This document shows, piece after piece, positions 38,667 to 49,972 of a stretch of 64,000 nucleotides of DNA. The notes under the pieces were generated by a model. The model made no database searches and was not told the DNA's origin. It saw only the letters and a program-made list of their open reading frames with translations. The stretch is from contig JAHLWP010000001.1 in assembly GCA_019057865.1 (NCBI GenBank), positions 32,001 through 96,000 on the forward strand. The letters are read 5' to 3'. The position numbers and the translations under genes were made by a program. Numbering within the stretch: the first letter of the stretch is position 1; each line of letters opens with the position of its first letter. Source of the DNA: Promethearchaeota archaeon. Lineage in GTDB: Archaea > Asgardarchaeota > Lokiarchaeia > Sigyniarchaeales > SOKP01.

Positions 38667-40157
38667 TTAAATTTTGATTATTAGCCCCCTTTTTCTCTCT
38701 AATCGTCTCAGTGGCTCTGGAATATTTTTAATTTTATTAAAATTTAAATCTAATATTCTAAGTGAAGGGAGTAAGGCAATTGATTCAGTTAATTGTTCAA
38801 GTTGATTTCCCCATAGATTTAATTCTTCTAATGAGGATAATTCTCCAATCCATTCAGGAAGAAAAGTGAAATTGTTCCAACTTAAATTAAGTTTTTTAAG
38901 AGTTTTTAAATTCTGAAATGATTCTGGCAAGCTAGAGAGTTGATTATTCCGTAAAATCAAATTTTCTAATGAAGTCAAGTTCCCTATCGAATCTGGTAGT
39001 TTAGTAATATCATTATCATATAAATGTAAGCTTTTCAGAGATTGAAATGAAGAAATCCAATTAGGAAGTTTCTTTATATTATTTCCACTCATACCTAATT
39101 TTTCTAATAAAGCAAGAGCTTTTATGCTGGTTGGAATTTCAAAAAAGTTATTCCAACCTAAATCAAGTTCGTTAATTGAATCGTTCAACCTAAATTCAAT
39201 TGAATTTAATTTATTTCCATGTAGATCTAAATTCTTAAGTGTTTTAAGAGATGTTATTGATTTAGGGATTTCATTCAGCATATTATTTCTCAAATTTAAT
39301 GTTTGGAGTAGTGATAAATTACATAAAGAATCAGGAAGAAGCCTTAATCTATTTGATTTTAAATTTAATTTTTTTAAGGATTTTAATTTGTTTATAGATT
39401 CTGGAAGTCTAATTAATTTATTATAACTTAAATCTAAAGATATAATTGAATCTGATTCATTTGAGATTTCTGATAGTTTTATTAAATGATTAAACCTTAG
39501 ATCAAGAACCTTAAGTTGCTTAAGAGAAAGTATAGAGTCAAAAAAATTTGTTAAAAAAATACCTTGTGGATCCACATTAGTTAAATCTAATTTAGTAATA
39601 TACCCCAAATTGTTAAATTCAAACTTTATATAACCAAACTTAATTTTTAAAAATGAGATGAAGTAATAATTAATTAATAGTTCTGCAAGATCTTTATGAG
39701 AAAAACTCTCAATCTTTTTTCTTTCAAAAACATCTTTTAAATTATATTTATATTTTTGATTATACAGGTTGTGTAATTTCTCAACTAAAATTGATTTAGA
39801 TTTCTTGTTATTAATTTCAGATAAAGTAGAAATTATTGTTATTAGACACATTAATGATGTTTCATTTTCAAGAGCCCATTTCATCGGTTCTAATGCTCTT
39901 TCTAGAAAAAGAGTTTTTATCAGAGATGCCGCTAAATTTCTTATATTTTCATTTGAATCAGAAATTAACAGATTCTCCAAAAGTTTATAAACTTTATCAT
40001 CCTTCGCCTGAATTTTTTCTAAAATCTTAATGCTCTCTAATCTGGTATCAACATTATCCGTATTATCAATTAAGGTAATTAATATTTCAAGTGCTGAATT
40101 ATAATCTAAATCTTTATTCTTTAAATCCTCATATATTGCTTTTGGAGTTAAAGGCAT
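38667..40157 (-). CDS. HEAT-repeat plus LRR protein
   Basis: MPLTP start, LISDS..IRN, EPMKWAL and a long LRR array. Confidence 0.9.
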   Translation of the reverse strand: MPLTPKAIYEDLKNKDLDYNSALEILITLIDNTDNVDTRLESIKILEKIQAKDDKVYKLLENLLISDSNENIRNLAASLIKTLFLERALEPMKWALENETSLMCLITIISTLSEINNKKSKSILVEKLHNLYNQKYKYNLKDVFERKKIESFSHKDLAELLINYYFISFLKIKFGYIKFEFNNLGYITKLDLTNVDPQGIFLTNFFDSILSLKQLKVLDLRFNHLIKLSEISNESDSIISLDLSYNKLIRLPESINKLKSLKKLNLKSNRLRLLPDSLCNLSLLQTLNLRNNMLNEIPKSITSLKTLKNLDLHGNKLNSIEFRLNDSINELDLGWNNFFEIPTSIKALALLEKLGMSGNNIKKLPNWISSFQSLKSLHLYDNDITKLPDSIGNLTSLENLILRNNQLSSLPESFQNLKTLKKLNLSWNNFTFLPEWIGELSSLEELNLWGNQLEQLTESIALLPSLRILDLNFNKIKNIPEPLRRLERKRGLIIKI

Positions 40158-40205
40158 TTTTTCTAATTTGTAGGTTAGACTAAATTCAAAAATGTAATAA
40201 GAAAA

Positions 40206-41744
40206 TTAAATTCTTTCAATCATCATTCCACCTAATACTATTGGACCACCAGTAGAATTATAAATTTTTTCTGCTCTTTTTAATTTAGATTGATTTTCTG
40301 AATAAATCCTAAAGACTAAATCACCATCTTTTATTCTTGCACCTTGTTTTTTTATAACTTCTATTCCAGAACTTTTTGAAAAGGGACACCCTGCAGCCTT
40401 AGCAATCTGATTAATTAATGCATTATTTATACCAGTTATATGTCCTCCCTTAGTGGCATGAAACTCCTTTATATACGGACCTAACTTGATTTCTTCAGGT
40501 TTTATATTAGGGTCCCCTCCTTGAACTCCTATAATTTTTTTCATTGTATCATAAGCCTTACCAGATTGTAATATTTCTTTAGCCAATTTTTGTCCTATTC
40601 CCTTTTGAGCTTTACCCCCCATTTCAAGAAGAATTCCTGCTAAATCAGTTGCTTTTTCTATTAAAGAATTAGGTCCGGCGGAATAGTCCATTAACAGTGT
40701 AAGCGCCTCCTTAGCTTCTAATGCAGGTCCAACAGCATGGCCAATTGGTTGATGAGCTAGAGTTAACGCGCATTCTGCTTCTACCCCAACATTCTTAGCT
40801 ATTTCTTTGAAAATATAAGCGAAATTTTTTCCGTCATTTGGGGTAGGAAATTTAGTCCCTGGACCAACAGGGATATCTAAAACTAATTTTTTTACTCCCA
40901 TACTTATTTTTTTAGCAAGAATAGATGGAATCATTAAACCTACAGGATCCATATGCAGGGGTCGTTCAATTTCTATTAAGATATTATCTGCAGGAGCTAT
41001 ATCGAGGGCTCCTCCCCAGACTACACAGGCTTTTTCTTCAGATATAATTTTCTTTACTTCTTCTGAATCAAAGATAACCGGGGCTAAAACTTCCATTGAA
41101 TCTGCAGTTCCAGATGGTGATGTTATTGCTCTTGTAGATGTTTTAGGGATTATTAAACCCGCAGTTGCCACTACTGGTACTATAATAAGAGACACTTTAT
41201 TACCTGGAACCCCTCCTGTTGAATGCTTGTCATATACATCTGGACCAAAATCAAATGTTTCTCCACTTCTTGCTTCTGCTAGGGTAAGAGCGGTCATTTC
41301 TTCGTTATCCATCCCCAGAATATTTACACTTGTTATAAAAGCTGCTAGATCAATTCGAGAAAGAAGTCCAGTAGCTGCATCACTAATAATCTTGTTGAGT
41401 TCTTCACTATTTAGTTTATTACCTTTAATTTTCTTTTGAATAAACCTAAAGGAATCTGGTAATTCTGCAGGTTTTATCGATAATACCATATTATCTTTAA
41501 TCTCTCTTTTCTCTTTTAAAATATCCAATGAAATACCAATCTCTCCTGGACTCACAATGGAATTGGAATAATCTATTTGCAGTATACCAATCCAGTATCT
41601 TTCTTCTAATGATTTTGATCCTATATTTTTAACTATTAGGCGATCTCCGGCTTTTTGCCCAAGAACTTGAGCATCCTTTACATTAATAATAATATCCTTC
41701 TTATTTCCTGTTTCATAATTGATTTTTTTTACCTTTAGCTTCAT
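40206..41744 (-). CDS. deoA: AMP phosphorylase (thymidine phosphorylase family with N-terminal extension)
   Basis: DKHSTGGVPGNK, PKTSTRAITSPSGTAD and GPALEA motifs. Confidence 0.92.
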   Translation of the reverse strand: MKLKVKKINYETGNKKDIIINVKDAQVLGQKAGDRLIVKNIGSKSLEERYWIGILQIDYSNSIVSPGEIGISLDILKEKREIKDNMVLSIKPAELPDSFRFIQKKIKGNKLNSEELNKIISDAATGLLSRIDLAAFITSVNILGMDNEEMTALTLAEARSGETFDFGPDVYDKHSTGGVPGNKVSLIIVPVVATAGLIIPKTSTRAITSPSGTADSMEVLAPVIFDSEEVKKIISEEKACVVWGGALDIAPADNILIEIERPLHMDPVGLMIPSILAKKISMGVKKLVLDIPVGPGTKFPTPNDGKNFAYIFKEIAKNVGVEAECALTLAHQPIGHAVGPALEAKEALTLLMDYSAGPNSLIEKATDLAGILLEMGGKAQKGIGQKLAKEILQSGKAYDTMKKIIGVQGGDPNIKPEEIKLGPYIKEFHATKGGHITGINNALINQIAKAAGCPFSKSSGIEVIKKQGARIKDGDLVFRIYSENQSKLKRAEKIYNSTGGPIVLGGMMIERI

Positions 41745-41900
41745 AATTTTAAATTTTATTTAATTATGTATTATTTAGAAAATTTAACTAAATAAATTTA
41801 TTTATGAGCTTAGTATTTCTATTGCCTATTTTATTATATTAGAGGTTAGAAGGTTTTAATTCAAGAAAAAATGAATAATTAAAAATAAAAAAAAAGGTAA

Positions 41901-44201
41901 TTAAGCTGGAGAAATCTTATCTTCTGCGGCTCTTATGATTTCGAGATAGTAATCAGTATAATATTTGTTTACAATTGTTCGATATCTAGAAAGAAAATCT
42001 GTGATTTCTCGCATCAATGATATAATTTTATTAGGTTCAATTAAAGTTTCAAGTCTTTCTCTGAATTCAGTGAGTTTTGCTCTTACTCCTCGTATAACTT
42101 GTTCTTCTACATCAATAGGAAAGTATTTAGTTACAATTATTTCGGCTTCTTTAAAGAGAGTTGTTTCTCCTTTCCAAGATTTTAGATGTGTACCAAAGCG
42201 ATCTTCAAATGCCTCTGAAAACTTTCGAATACGTTTATGTATTATTGGTAGATCCTTTTCTCCTAATAATGCTGTTGTAGTATAATTTCCATGAAAGAGT
42301 AGTACTTTTTTATCTTCTTGATCTACAGTACGAAGCGCTTTTTTACTACCTGTAGCTTCTCGTACAAAATTAGTAAGTGCTGCAATCATTCCAGATATAA
42401 GAGCAGGATCTTGAATTTCAATTCCAAAAGAATACTCATACAGACTTAAACCGTCTTTTGTTAAAATAAATAAATTTCTCAATGACTTCTGCCAATTTCT
42501 TTGCATGATATATCTGCGGGACACAAAGGCAACAGGAATAGCAGCAAGAGCTATACCTGTTATTAATGCTACATAAAATAATATATCAACTGGTTCTTCT
42601 ATTACAAATGTTGTTGAAAAGTAGGCGATTTCTTCACCATTTGTCCAGAAAATGGTAACTTCATAAGATCCTTTCTTAAATCCTGAACCTAATTTAATCT
42701 CTGAACTACTCATGGTTCCGTTAATTGCAGTCAAACCAGTTTCATTATGAAGTATTTGACCTGAAGAGGATCTTATAATAATCTGTCCAGTTCCTCCCGT
42801 CATTGGTTCATTAAGAGAATTAAATATTTCTGCATCAAGTCTAATTGTCTGGCCTGTTTCAAAAGTGATTTTATCTATAAAATCTCCTCCTTTTTTAAGT
42901 TTAGTACTTATAGTATGACAGTAGTTGGGGGAATGGAAGATTCCCGTATAAGTACCTCGTTCTAAAGGTGGTCCAAAAAGTGTAGTAATTCCATAGTAAG
43001 AATGATTATAAAGATTTATTGGACCAAAAAAGATTTGTTCTACCTCATATCCATAAGGATTATAGAATCCCATAAAATCCCAATCCCTCTCAAATAAAAA
43101 GAAATAACCAAAAGTGAGAATTTCGTATGGATATTCAATAGTCCATTCTATTTTATTTTCATCAACATAGTAAGTTCCAGTTGCATTAATAAGATGAATG
43201 TAAAAAGCTTCAATATAAACTTGGCAAGACTCGATTGTCTGGTTAGTAACTACTGTAATATTAAAATCGGTGGTTACTGGTGCATCGAGAGCGATAGAAT
43301 AATATGCTTCATATCCCATAAATCCCCATGAGCTTGGTTGATAAATTGGATCAATAATTTCATCGTTAATTATATACTTAAGGCCTATATCCGCTGGATT
43401 AACTAATGTTGAATAAGTAAATTTACATAACATATCAACAGTGTCATCATTAGGGATAGGTAACAAATTTACCCCATCAAAACTTCTGGTAATACCTTTA
43501 TTAAAAGTTGAATTTTTATATTGTTCTGCTTTCCAAAAATCGTTAGGGAAAGGAATAGAAGCTTCTCCCGATATAATAATAAAGAGAAAATTATATTTTT
43601 TACCCGGCTCAAAAATATTAGGATGGGGATCGAAAGAAACCCATTCTTGTCTATCCCATTTATGATCTTCTTGATACATCCAATCAATTTCTTCGGTGAA
43701 ATCCTCATTAAAAATTTGAAGGAGCATGTAATACCAATCAAATGGTTCTACTATTAAACTATAATTTAAATAAATTGATATTTCATCTATCGCAATTAAA
43801 TCATCCACCGTAAACTCTTGTGTATATGCTATTGCTGGTGCTAGGCTTATTTGATTAGATATATTGTCTGCTATAATAAATTCCCCCAAATATGATTCAT
43901 TTATAAGATTATCTGTCCAGATTTCCAAATTATTTATTTTATATTCAACACCATTAAAAGATGCATTGTGACGGACGATATTAGTGCTAGATTTTTGATC
44001 CGACCAAAAAGAAAAAGAAGAATTGCGTTCATAATATAGTATTGAGATATCTCCATCATAATCTCCTGTAAATGTATCACCATTTGCAAGATGCAAGCCA
44101 TTTGATGTTTTTAATTGTTCATTTGTAGTATTATATCCTAGATATATAATCGAAAATATAACTAAACAACTAATAACTAAAACTTTTGAGTTTTTAGACA
44201 T
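41901..44201 (-). CDS. Single-pass membrane protein: large ectodomain, TM, cytoplasmic longin domain
   Basis: Signal peptide; TM ILFYVALITGIALAAIPVAFV; then LFILTKDGLSLY...LISGMIAALTNFVRE...LRTVDQED. Confidence 0.75.
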   Translation of the reverse strand: MSKNSKVLVISCLVIFSIIYLGYNTTNEQLKTSNGLHLANGDTFTGDYDGDISILYYERNSSFSFWSDQKSSTNIVRHNASFNGVEYKINNLEIWTDNLINESYLGEFIIADNISNQISLAPAIAYTQEFTVDDLIAIDEISIYLNYSLIVEPFDWYYMLLQIFNEDFTEEIDWMYQEDHKWDRQEWVSFDPHPNIFEPGKKYNFLFIIISGEASIPFPNDFWKAEQYKNSTFNKGITRSFDGVNLLPIPNDDTVDMLCKFTYSTLVNPADIGLKYIINDEIIDPIYQPSSWGFMGYEAYYSIALDAPVTTDFNITVVTNQTIESCQVYIEAFYIHLINATGTYYVDENKIEWTIEYPYEILTFGYFFLFERDWDFMGFYNPYGYEVEQIFFGPINLYNHSYYGITTLFGPPLERGTYTGIFHSPNYCHTISTKLKKGGDFIDKITFETGQTIRLDAEIFNSLNEPMTGGTGQIIIRSSSGQILHNETGLTAINGTMSSSEIKLGSGFKKGSYEVTIFWTNGEEIAYFSTTFVIEEPVDILFYVALITGIALAAIPVAFVSRRYIMQRNWQKSLRNLFILTKDGLSLYEYSFGIEIQDPALISGMIAALTNFVREATGSKKALRTVDQEDKKVLLFHGNYTTTALLGEKDLPIIHKRIRKFSEAFEDRFGTHLKSWKGETTLFKEAEIIVTKYFPIDVEEQVIRGVRAKLTEFRERLETLIEPNKIISLMREITDFLSRYRTIVNKYYTDYYLEIIRAAEDKISPA

Positions 44202-44550
44202 AATTTAAACCCCATGTAGTACAAAAATTTAATTTAATTATAAAATTAATAAAAATTTCTATATATATAACTAACTTTTAACAAGAATATGTATTCTTTA
44301 TTCTCGTAAGATTCTAACTCTATATTACAAATTTAAATATAGTTTTATAAAACGATCTGGTAAATTTTTGAATTAAAAAATCTTTAAAACACAAATCTTC
44401 GTTCAAATTGTAAAGTCATCAATTATGGTAAATTTTTAAGTATGTAGTTAATATTGTACTGTACCAATTTTATTGGTTTTCAATAATAATCCTAGAATTT
44501 GAAAAAGTGAACTAAGATCCCTTACTTTTTAAGTATTAGAAAGATGGAAC

Positions 44551-45855
44551 TTATAATTTTATTGAAAACGGGAATTCTTTGGTTTCTGTTATTTGGTTTG
44601 AATCGGGATCTTTAAAAGTGGTGTCAATTTTAATGGTATAATCTCCGGCTTCTAAAGGTTTAAGATTAATTTCCCACTTTATATCTTCGTTTGGCTTAAG
44701 AGAATATATTTGTTTCTTTAATGTTCCTCTCATTACTTTCATTTCATCTGGAAAGTCAACTTCCACATTAAGATCTAAGGCCTCTCCTTCACTTTTATTC
44801 TCTAGTAAAATTTCTAATGGAAAAGTTTTGTCAATGAGGGGTGGTCTTAAATTTTTTATTGATACGTCTAATGAGGGAGGAGGAGATATTAGATTTGGGG
44901 TTAAATGTTGAGATGTTGTGTGATAAAAAATCAATTTACCATCCAATTCTGAAGTTAATATAATTGGTCCTATGAAGGGCTTTTCTAATTGAAAATGAGG
45001 CTTAATTTTGAATATCAATTTATTAATTTGTCCTGGTTTTAATATAATGGGCAATTCTGGTTTCTCTTGAGTAGTAAAATTATCAGAAATCTTTATTCCT
45101 ATTTTTGTGATTATTAATTCATTTATTTGATAATTGTAGAATACATAGTCTGAGATTTCTAATAGAGGTTTAGTATTAATTTCTAAAGTCAAAGTTATCA
45201 ATTCATTTGTGGTATATACCTCTTTATCTAGACTTAAATTTGTTTTTAATGAGTTGTAAGTGTTTACCAAAACTAATGCCTTTTTCGCAAGTATTTTTTC
45301 AGGCTCTCGAAAATTAAATTTCTGAAAATCATGCTCTATCTTTTCTAAATACTTAATTTTTTTATCATTTATTGCGATAGTTAAATCTTTGACTAGTCTT
45401 ATTAAACTATTTTCTTTAAAATACCTGTCATCAACATAATTTTTAAATTTTTTAACTAAATTCAAACCCTCTTCCTGTCTTCCTTTAATAAGTAAACATA
45501 AATATGATAAACATGAAAATAATAAGAAATTATAATATCGATCGTTAGAATTTTTTAAATTTGGTACATAATCTAATGCTGTTTTATAGAAATCAAATGC
45601 TTCAATAAAATTATTATTAAAAAGAGATGTCCCCCCGGCATTTCTTAAGGAATCTATACTTTGAAAGAATTTTTCAATTTCTAAATAAGATTTTGCTGCA
45701 TTTAAAAAACATACTTTTGCCGTTTCATAATCCCCTAAATTTACATAAGAATTTCCCAAAGATGTAAAAATTTTTGCAGCTTTTTTATACTGCATTGCAT
45801 TATATAATCGATTAGCTCGATTTAACAATTTTTCAATGTCTTTTCCCATTTTCAA
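44551..45855 (-). CDS. TPR/SNAP-like helical protein with C-terminal Ig-like domains
   Basis: TPR-like helices (YKKAAKIF..LGNSY..LGDYETA); C-terminal LENKSEGEA.DL.V...L.P.E..W..KP..AGDY.I strand pattern. Confidence 0.65.
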   Translation of the reverse strand: MKMGKDIEKLLNRANRLYNAMQYKKAAKIFTSLGNSYVNLGDYETAKVCFLNAAKSYLEIEKFFQSIDSLRNAGGTSLFNNNFIEAFDFYKTALDYVPNLKNSNDRYYNFLLFSCLSYLCLLIKGRQEEGLNLVKKFKNYVDDRYFKENSLIRLVKDLTIAINDKKIKYLEKIEHDFQKFNFREPEKILAKKALVLVNTYNSLKTNLSLDKEVYTTNELITLTLEINTKPLLEISDYVFYNYQINELIITKIGIKISDNFTTQEKPELPIILKPGQINKLIFKIKPHFQLEKPFIGPIILTSELDGKLIFYHTTSQHLTPNLISPPPSLDVSIKNLRPPLIDKTFPLEILLENKSEGEALDLNVEVDFPDEMKVMRGTLKKQIYSLKPNEDIKWEINLKPLEAGDYTIKIDTTFKDPDSNQITETKEFPFSIKL

Positions 45856-45886
45856 CTCACTTTAATAAAGAATTAATTATTATTTT

Positions 45887-45955
45887 ATGTGTTAATGGTG
45901 CAACCATTTCTTCAACTGAGTTCTCATTTTTCTAACTCAGAATCATTAGACACAT
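45887..45955 (-). promoter_or_regulatory. SECIS element (eukaryote-like AUGA/GA core) in the 3' UTR of hdrA-vhuD
   Basis: ATGTGT-CTA-ATGA-TT-CTGAGTT-[AGAAAAATGAG]-AACTCAG-TT-GA-AGAA-ATGGT(TGC)ACCAT-TA-ACACAT, starting 8 nt after the vhuD TAG. Confidence 0.85.
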
Positions 45956-45963
45956 TTTTCATT

Positions 45964-46443
45964 CTATTCGGTTTTTTTCTTTTTTTGTCCATTTGAATCC
46001 TTATTTTTTTCTAATAATAAAGATTCCTTTATAGGGTTGCTGCCTAAATTCTCAATGATCTCTGAAATTCTAATCATTTCTTCTTGAAATATCTGACCCT
46101 CTGCAGAGCTGCAATGAAACATTACGATTCTATCTGGTGATAGTCCAGTAGTCTTTAAAATTTCTTTAGCATAATTTACATTTCTTTCTGCTATAAGATT
46201 TCCAGTCTCATAGTCACATTCTCCTTCATATCATCCAGCCACTATAACACCATCAGCACCCTTTCCAATCGCTCGCATCAATAAACTTGGAGTTACTCGA
46301 CCTGTGCAATTTATTCTTACCGGTCTTATTGTTGCAGGATATTGAGCTCGAATTGTCCCTGCCATGTCAGCCCCTCCATATCCTCATTTCCAACAGAGAA
46401 AAGCTAATATTTTTTTATCTCTACTTTCTGTTATTTTTATCAC
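45964..46443 (-). CDS. vhuD: Selenocysteine-containing MvhD/VhuD hydrogenase delta subunit (2 Sec)
   Basis: Not in the ORF track. Manual translation gives ...AFLCWK-U-GYGGADMAG...INCTGRV...GADGVIVAG-U-YEGECDY...; TGA at 46384-46386 and 46231-46233 falls on conserved Cys positions; TAG stop at 45964. Confidence 0.93.
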
Positions 46444-46447
46444 CTCT

Positions 46448-48430
46448 TTATATTTCCTCTAATATTGCATCAATTTGCTTTTCATATTGAGGTTCTCGAT
46501 AATATCTTAAAGTTATTGCTTCTGAAGGGCAATTAGCTAAACAAGATCCACAACCTCTGCATAATATCTCGTTTACTTCCGCTCCATCATCCATTAACTG
46601 TATTGCGTCATAAGGACAATTTAACTCACACAGGCCACACTTCGCGCATTTTTCTTTATCAACTGTAGCACGTATTAATCTTATTCTATAAATTTCTTTC
46701 CCCATTAATCTTGAAAGTGATGATGCCGCCGCTCTACCTTGAACAATTGACTCAGCTATAGATTTAGGGCCTTGAGATACTCCTGCAAGCACAATACCTG
46801 GAATTTTTGTATCTATAGGATTTAATCTTGAATGAAACTCTTTAAAAAATCCATCTTGGCTGGTTTCAAGTTTTAGGATCTTCTGAAGCTTATCGTTACC
46901 TTTTGTTGGAACCATTGATGCTGATAAAACTACTAAATCATATTCGAGTTCTTTTATTCCTAATGATTCTCTAAGAGTATTTTGGATAATGACCTTAATA
47001 TTATGAGTATCAGGATCTTCTTTTAACTTAGAAATATTAGTTCTGATGTATCGAATACCTTCCTTTCGTGATGCAGTAAAATATTCTTCATAACCTTTAC
47101 CAGCAGCTCTTATATCCATATAAGCTACATCAATCTGAGTATCAGGATAATGTTGTTTAATTAATTTCGAGTTCTTAATTGCTATCATACAACAAACACC
47201 TGAACTACAATATGTATTTTTGTTTAAATCTCTTGAACCTACACATTGAATAAATAAAACATTTTTCGGTATTTTACCGTCAGAGGGTCTTACAAGATGC
47301 CCAAGTGTGGGTCCATTAGGAGCTAAAATTCTTTCTAGTTTCAATTCTGTAATTACATTTGGATATATATTATATCCAAGGTAGCCTGTTTCGGGTTCGT
47401 ATTCATCCCACCCTGTTGCTACAAGAACCGATCCTACTTTTAAAGTAACAAGTTCATCTTGTTGATCAAAATTAATTGCATCTAATTCACAGGCTTTCTG
47501 GCATAATCCACATTTAATACATTGGTTCATATCTATTTGAGCTATAGAAGGGACTGCTTGAGCAAAGGAAACATAGATAGCCTTTCTTGGGTTTAATCCT
47601 TCATTGAATTCATCATAACCATAAACAGGGCAAGGTTCGATACATGCTCCACACCCATTACATTCGTTTGTAACATATCGTGCTTTTTTCCTGATTGTTA
47701 CATCAAAGTTTCCCACAAATCCAGATATATCCTCCATTTCACTATAAGTATAAAGATTCAACCCAGGAGTTCTTGTCGCTTGAAGCATGACTGGTCCTAG
47801 AATTCATATACTACAATCATCAGTAGGAAATGTTCGGTCTAACAATGCCATTTTTCCACCTATAGTGGGACTCTTCTCAACTAGATGGACTTCAAATCCT
47901 TGTTCTGCTAAGTCAATAGCAGCAGTTAAACCAGCGACACCCCCACCAATTATTAATGCTTTTTGAGTTATATCTACTTCTTTAATTAAAATTTTCTCTA
48001 AAACAGCAGCTCTAGCGACTCCGGATCTAATGGCATCTTCTGCTACTTTTTGGGCACCAGGTTTATCATCTCGATGTACAAAACTAGCATGTTCTCTAAT
48101 ATTTACAAATTCTAAGTATGAAGGATCTAATCCCATCGACTCTAAAACGCTTTGAAACACAGGTTCATGAGTTATAGGGGTGCATGATGCTACAATTAAT
48201 CTATTTGCATTACTTTCATTCATATTTTCTTTTATAAATTCAGCTCCAGGCTCTGTACAGAGACTAATATAATCAGAAGCTCCAACTACATTAGGTAATG
48301 CTTTTGAAAATTCAACTAGTGCTCTGCAATCAATTATTTCAGCAATATTAATACCTCACTGACAGACAGCAACATAAATTTTCGGTATTTCTCCGATATC
48401 TTTAATTTCTTCGTGTTTGGTTTCTACCAT
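46448..48430 (-). CDS. hdrA: Selenocysteine-containing heterodisulfide reductase subunit A (2 Sec, 660 aa)
   Basis: Track fragments 47804-48223 and 46448-47788 are one frame. TGA at 48356-48358 (VAVCQ-U-GINIA) and 47804-47806 (TFPTDDCSI-U-ILGP) replace conserved Cys; GGGVAG FAD motif and ferredoxin motifs present. Confidence 0.95.
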
Positions 48431-48613
48431 TGCATATCATTCCATTATGTAATTTTTGTTTGTCCTCCAAAAATTCGTATTTTTTTTAATTATAAATCTA
48501 AATATTATATTTTAATTAAATAAATTTAAATCAAAAATGTTTGTATATAAAAATAAGCTTAAAAATTATTTTAAAAATAAGCTTAAAACTTTAAAATTAA
48601 TTTTATTGGAAAA

Positions 48614-49042
48614 ATGATGCTAATGATATTCCAAGATGAACCTCCCTTAATTGAGGAATATATACCACTCATTGCGATAGCAGTATTATTAGTTGCTGAT
48701 ATTTTTATTCTAAAGATTGGTTTAATGATGACTAAAGCACAATCAAAACGAAATTTAAAATGGGTTGCTATAAGTTTTTTAATTCAATTTGGAGTCATTT
48801 TCTTTATTAGTTTACCAACATTTTTAATGGGTATGACTGGAGCATACGATGAAGGTCCAGATCCAGGTATTATTATCCCAATTATATTACTCTCATTATT
48901 TATAGACATAAATATAATTAATGTATTACATAAAATTGGCATTAAACGATCAGTAATTGTTGCATTCTTAATTTTGGTTCCAATTATTTTAGCAATGGTC
49001 ATTTTAGGGGATTTCATGTCACCTGCACCAAATGGTGCTTAA
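48614..49042 (+). CDS. Small multi-pass membrane protein
   Basis: Four hydrophobic segments. Confidence 0.75.
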   Translation: MMLMIFQDEPPLIEEYIPLIAIAVLLVADIFILKIGLMMTKAQSKRNLKWVAISFLIQFGVIFFISLPTFLMGMTGAYDEGPDPGIIIPIILLSLFIDINIINVLHKIGIKRSVIVAFLILVPIILAMVILGDFMSPAPNGA

Positions 49043-49048
49043 AGATTT

Positions 49049-49972
49049 CTAAAATCCAATTTCTTTATTGATAGTCTTGTTCATATAAACAATTTCATCT
49101 CTAGCAGCTTTACTAAATCTTTCTGGAGCACATTTTCTATCTTTATTATATGCAAACATCACTCCACGAGAAGAATTAACAATCCCTCCTAAACCATTTT
49201 TTTTAAATCCATATTTTATATCGATTGCCTGAGCACCCTGTGCTCCATAGCCAGGGATTAATATAAAAGAATTTTCCACTATTTCTCTAATTCTTTTTAG
49301 CTCATTTGGATAAGTAGCACCAACTACAACCCCTAAATTATGAAAATCAGAACGCTTTCTTTCAAGGTTTAATCCCCAATTATATACTAACCTTGCCATT
49401 TTGATATAATTTCTTTCTAATTTAATAGATTCAATTTCAATTTCTGTCTGTGAATTTGGAATGTTTTCAATCTTAGCAGAAAACAAATCTTGAAAATTAT
49501 GACTGCTTGGATTTGAAGTTTTTACAATAATAAATAGTCCTTTTTCTTTATAATCCAAAAATGGTTTAACTCCATCGATTCCAAAATATGCATTTATAGT
49601 ACATGCATCTGCTTTATAGATATTGTATGTAGCATCTGCATAAGCTTTTGAGGTTGTTCCAATATCATTACGTTTTGAATCTAATATTACTAATAAATCA
49701 TTTTTATGAGCAAATTTAATAGTTTCCTTTAAAGCATTTAAAGCTTCATATTTTTCATAAAAAGCAATCTGTGGTTTAATTACTGGAATTAAATCATAAG
49801 TATTTTCAATTAATTCTTTATTAAATTCTAAAATAATTTTATCAGGGTGTTTATATTCTTCAATTAAATATTTGGGTATTTCTCCTTCGTTATCCATTCT
49901 GGGATCGAGTCCCATAGAAACAACGCTTCTCTTTTCCTTTATTAATTGAATTAATTGTTCAATAAAATGCAT
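49049..49972 (-). CDS. pyrF: Orotidine-5'-phosphate decarboxylase
   Basis: GLDP, KPQIAFY, DSKRNDIGTT, VKTSNP, VVGAT, PGYGAQG and NSSR motifs. Confidence 0.95.
   Translation of the reverse strand: MHFIEQLIQLIKEKRSVVSMGLDPRMDNEGEIPKYLIEEYKHPDKIILEFNKELIENTYDLIPVIKPQIAFYEKYEALNALKETIKFAHKNDLLVILDSKRNDIGTTSKAYADATYNIYKADACTINAYFGIDGVKPFLDYKEKGLFIIVKTSNPSSHNFQDLFSAKIENIPNSQTEIEIESIKLERNYIKMARLVYNWGLNLERKRSDFHNLGVVVGATYPNELKRIREIVENSFILIPGYGAQGAQAIDIKYGFKKNGLGGIVNSSRGVMFAYNKDRKCAPERFSKAARDEIVYMNKTINKEIGF

Noticed and set aside
46448-48223. hdrA as a split gene or pseudogene, as the ORF track suggests
   Set aside because: Both interruptions are in-frame TGA at conserved Cys positions with a downstream SECIS.
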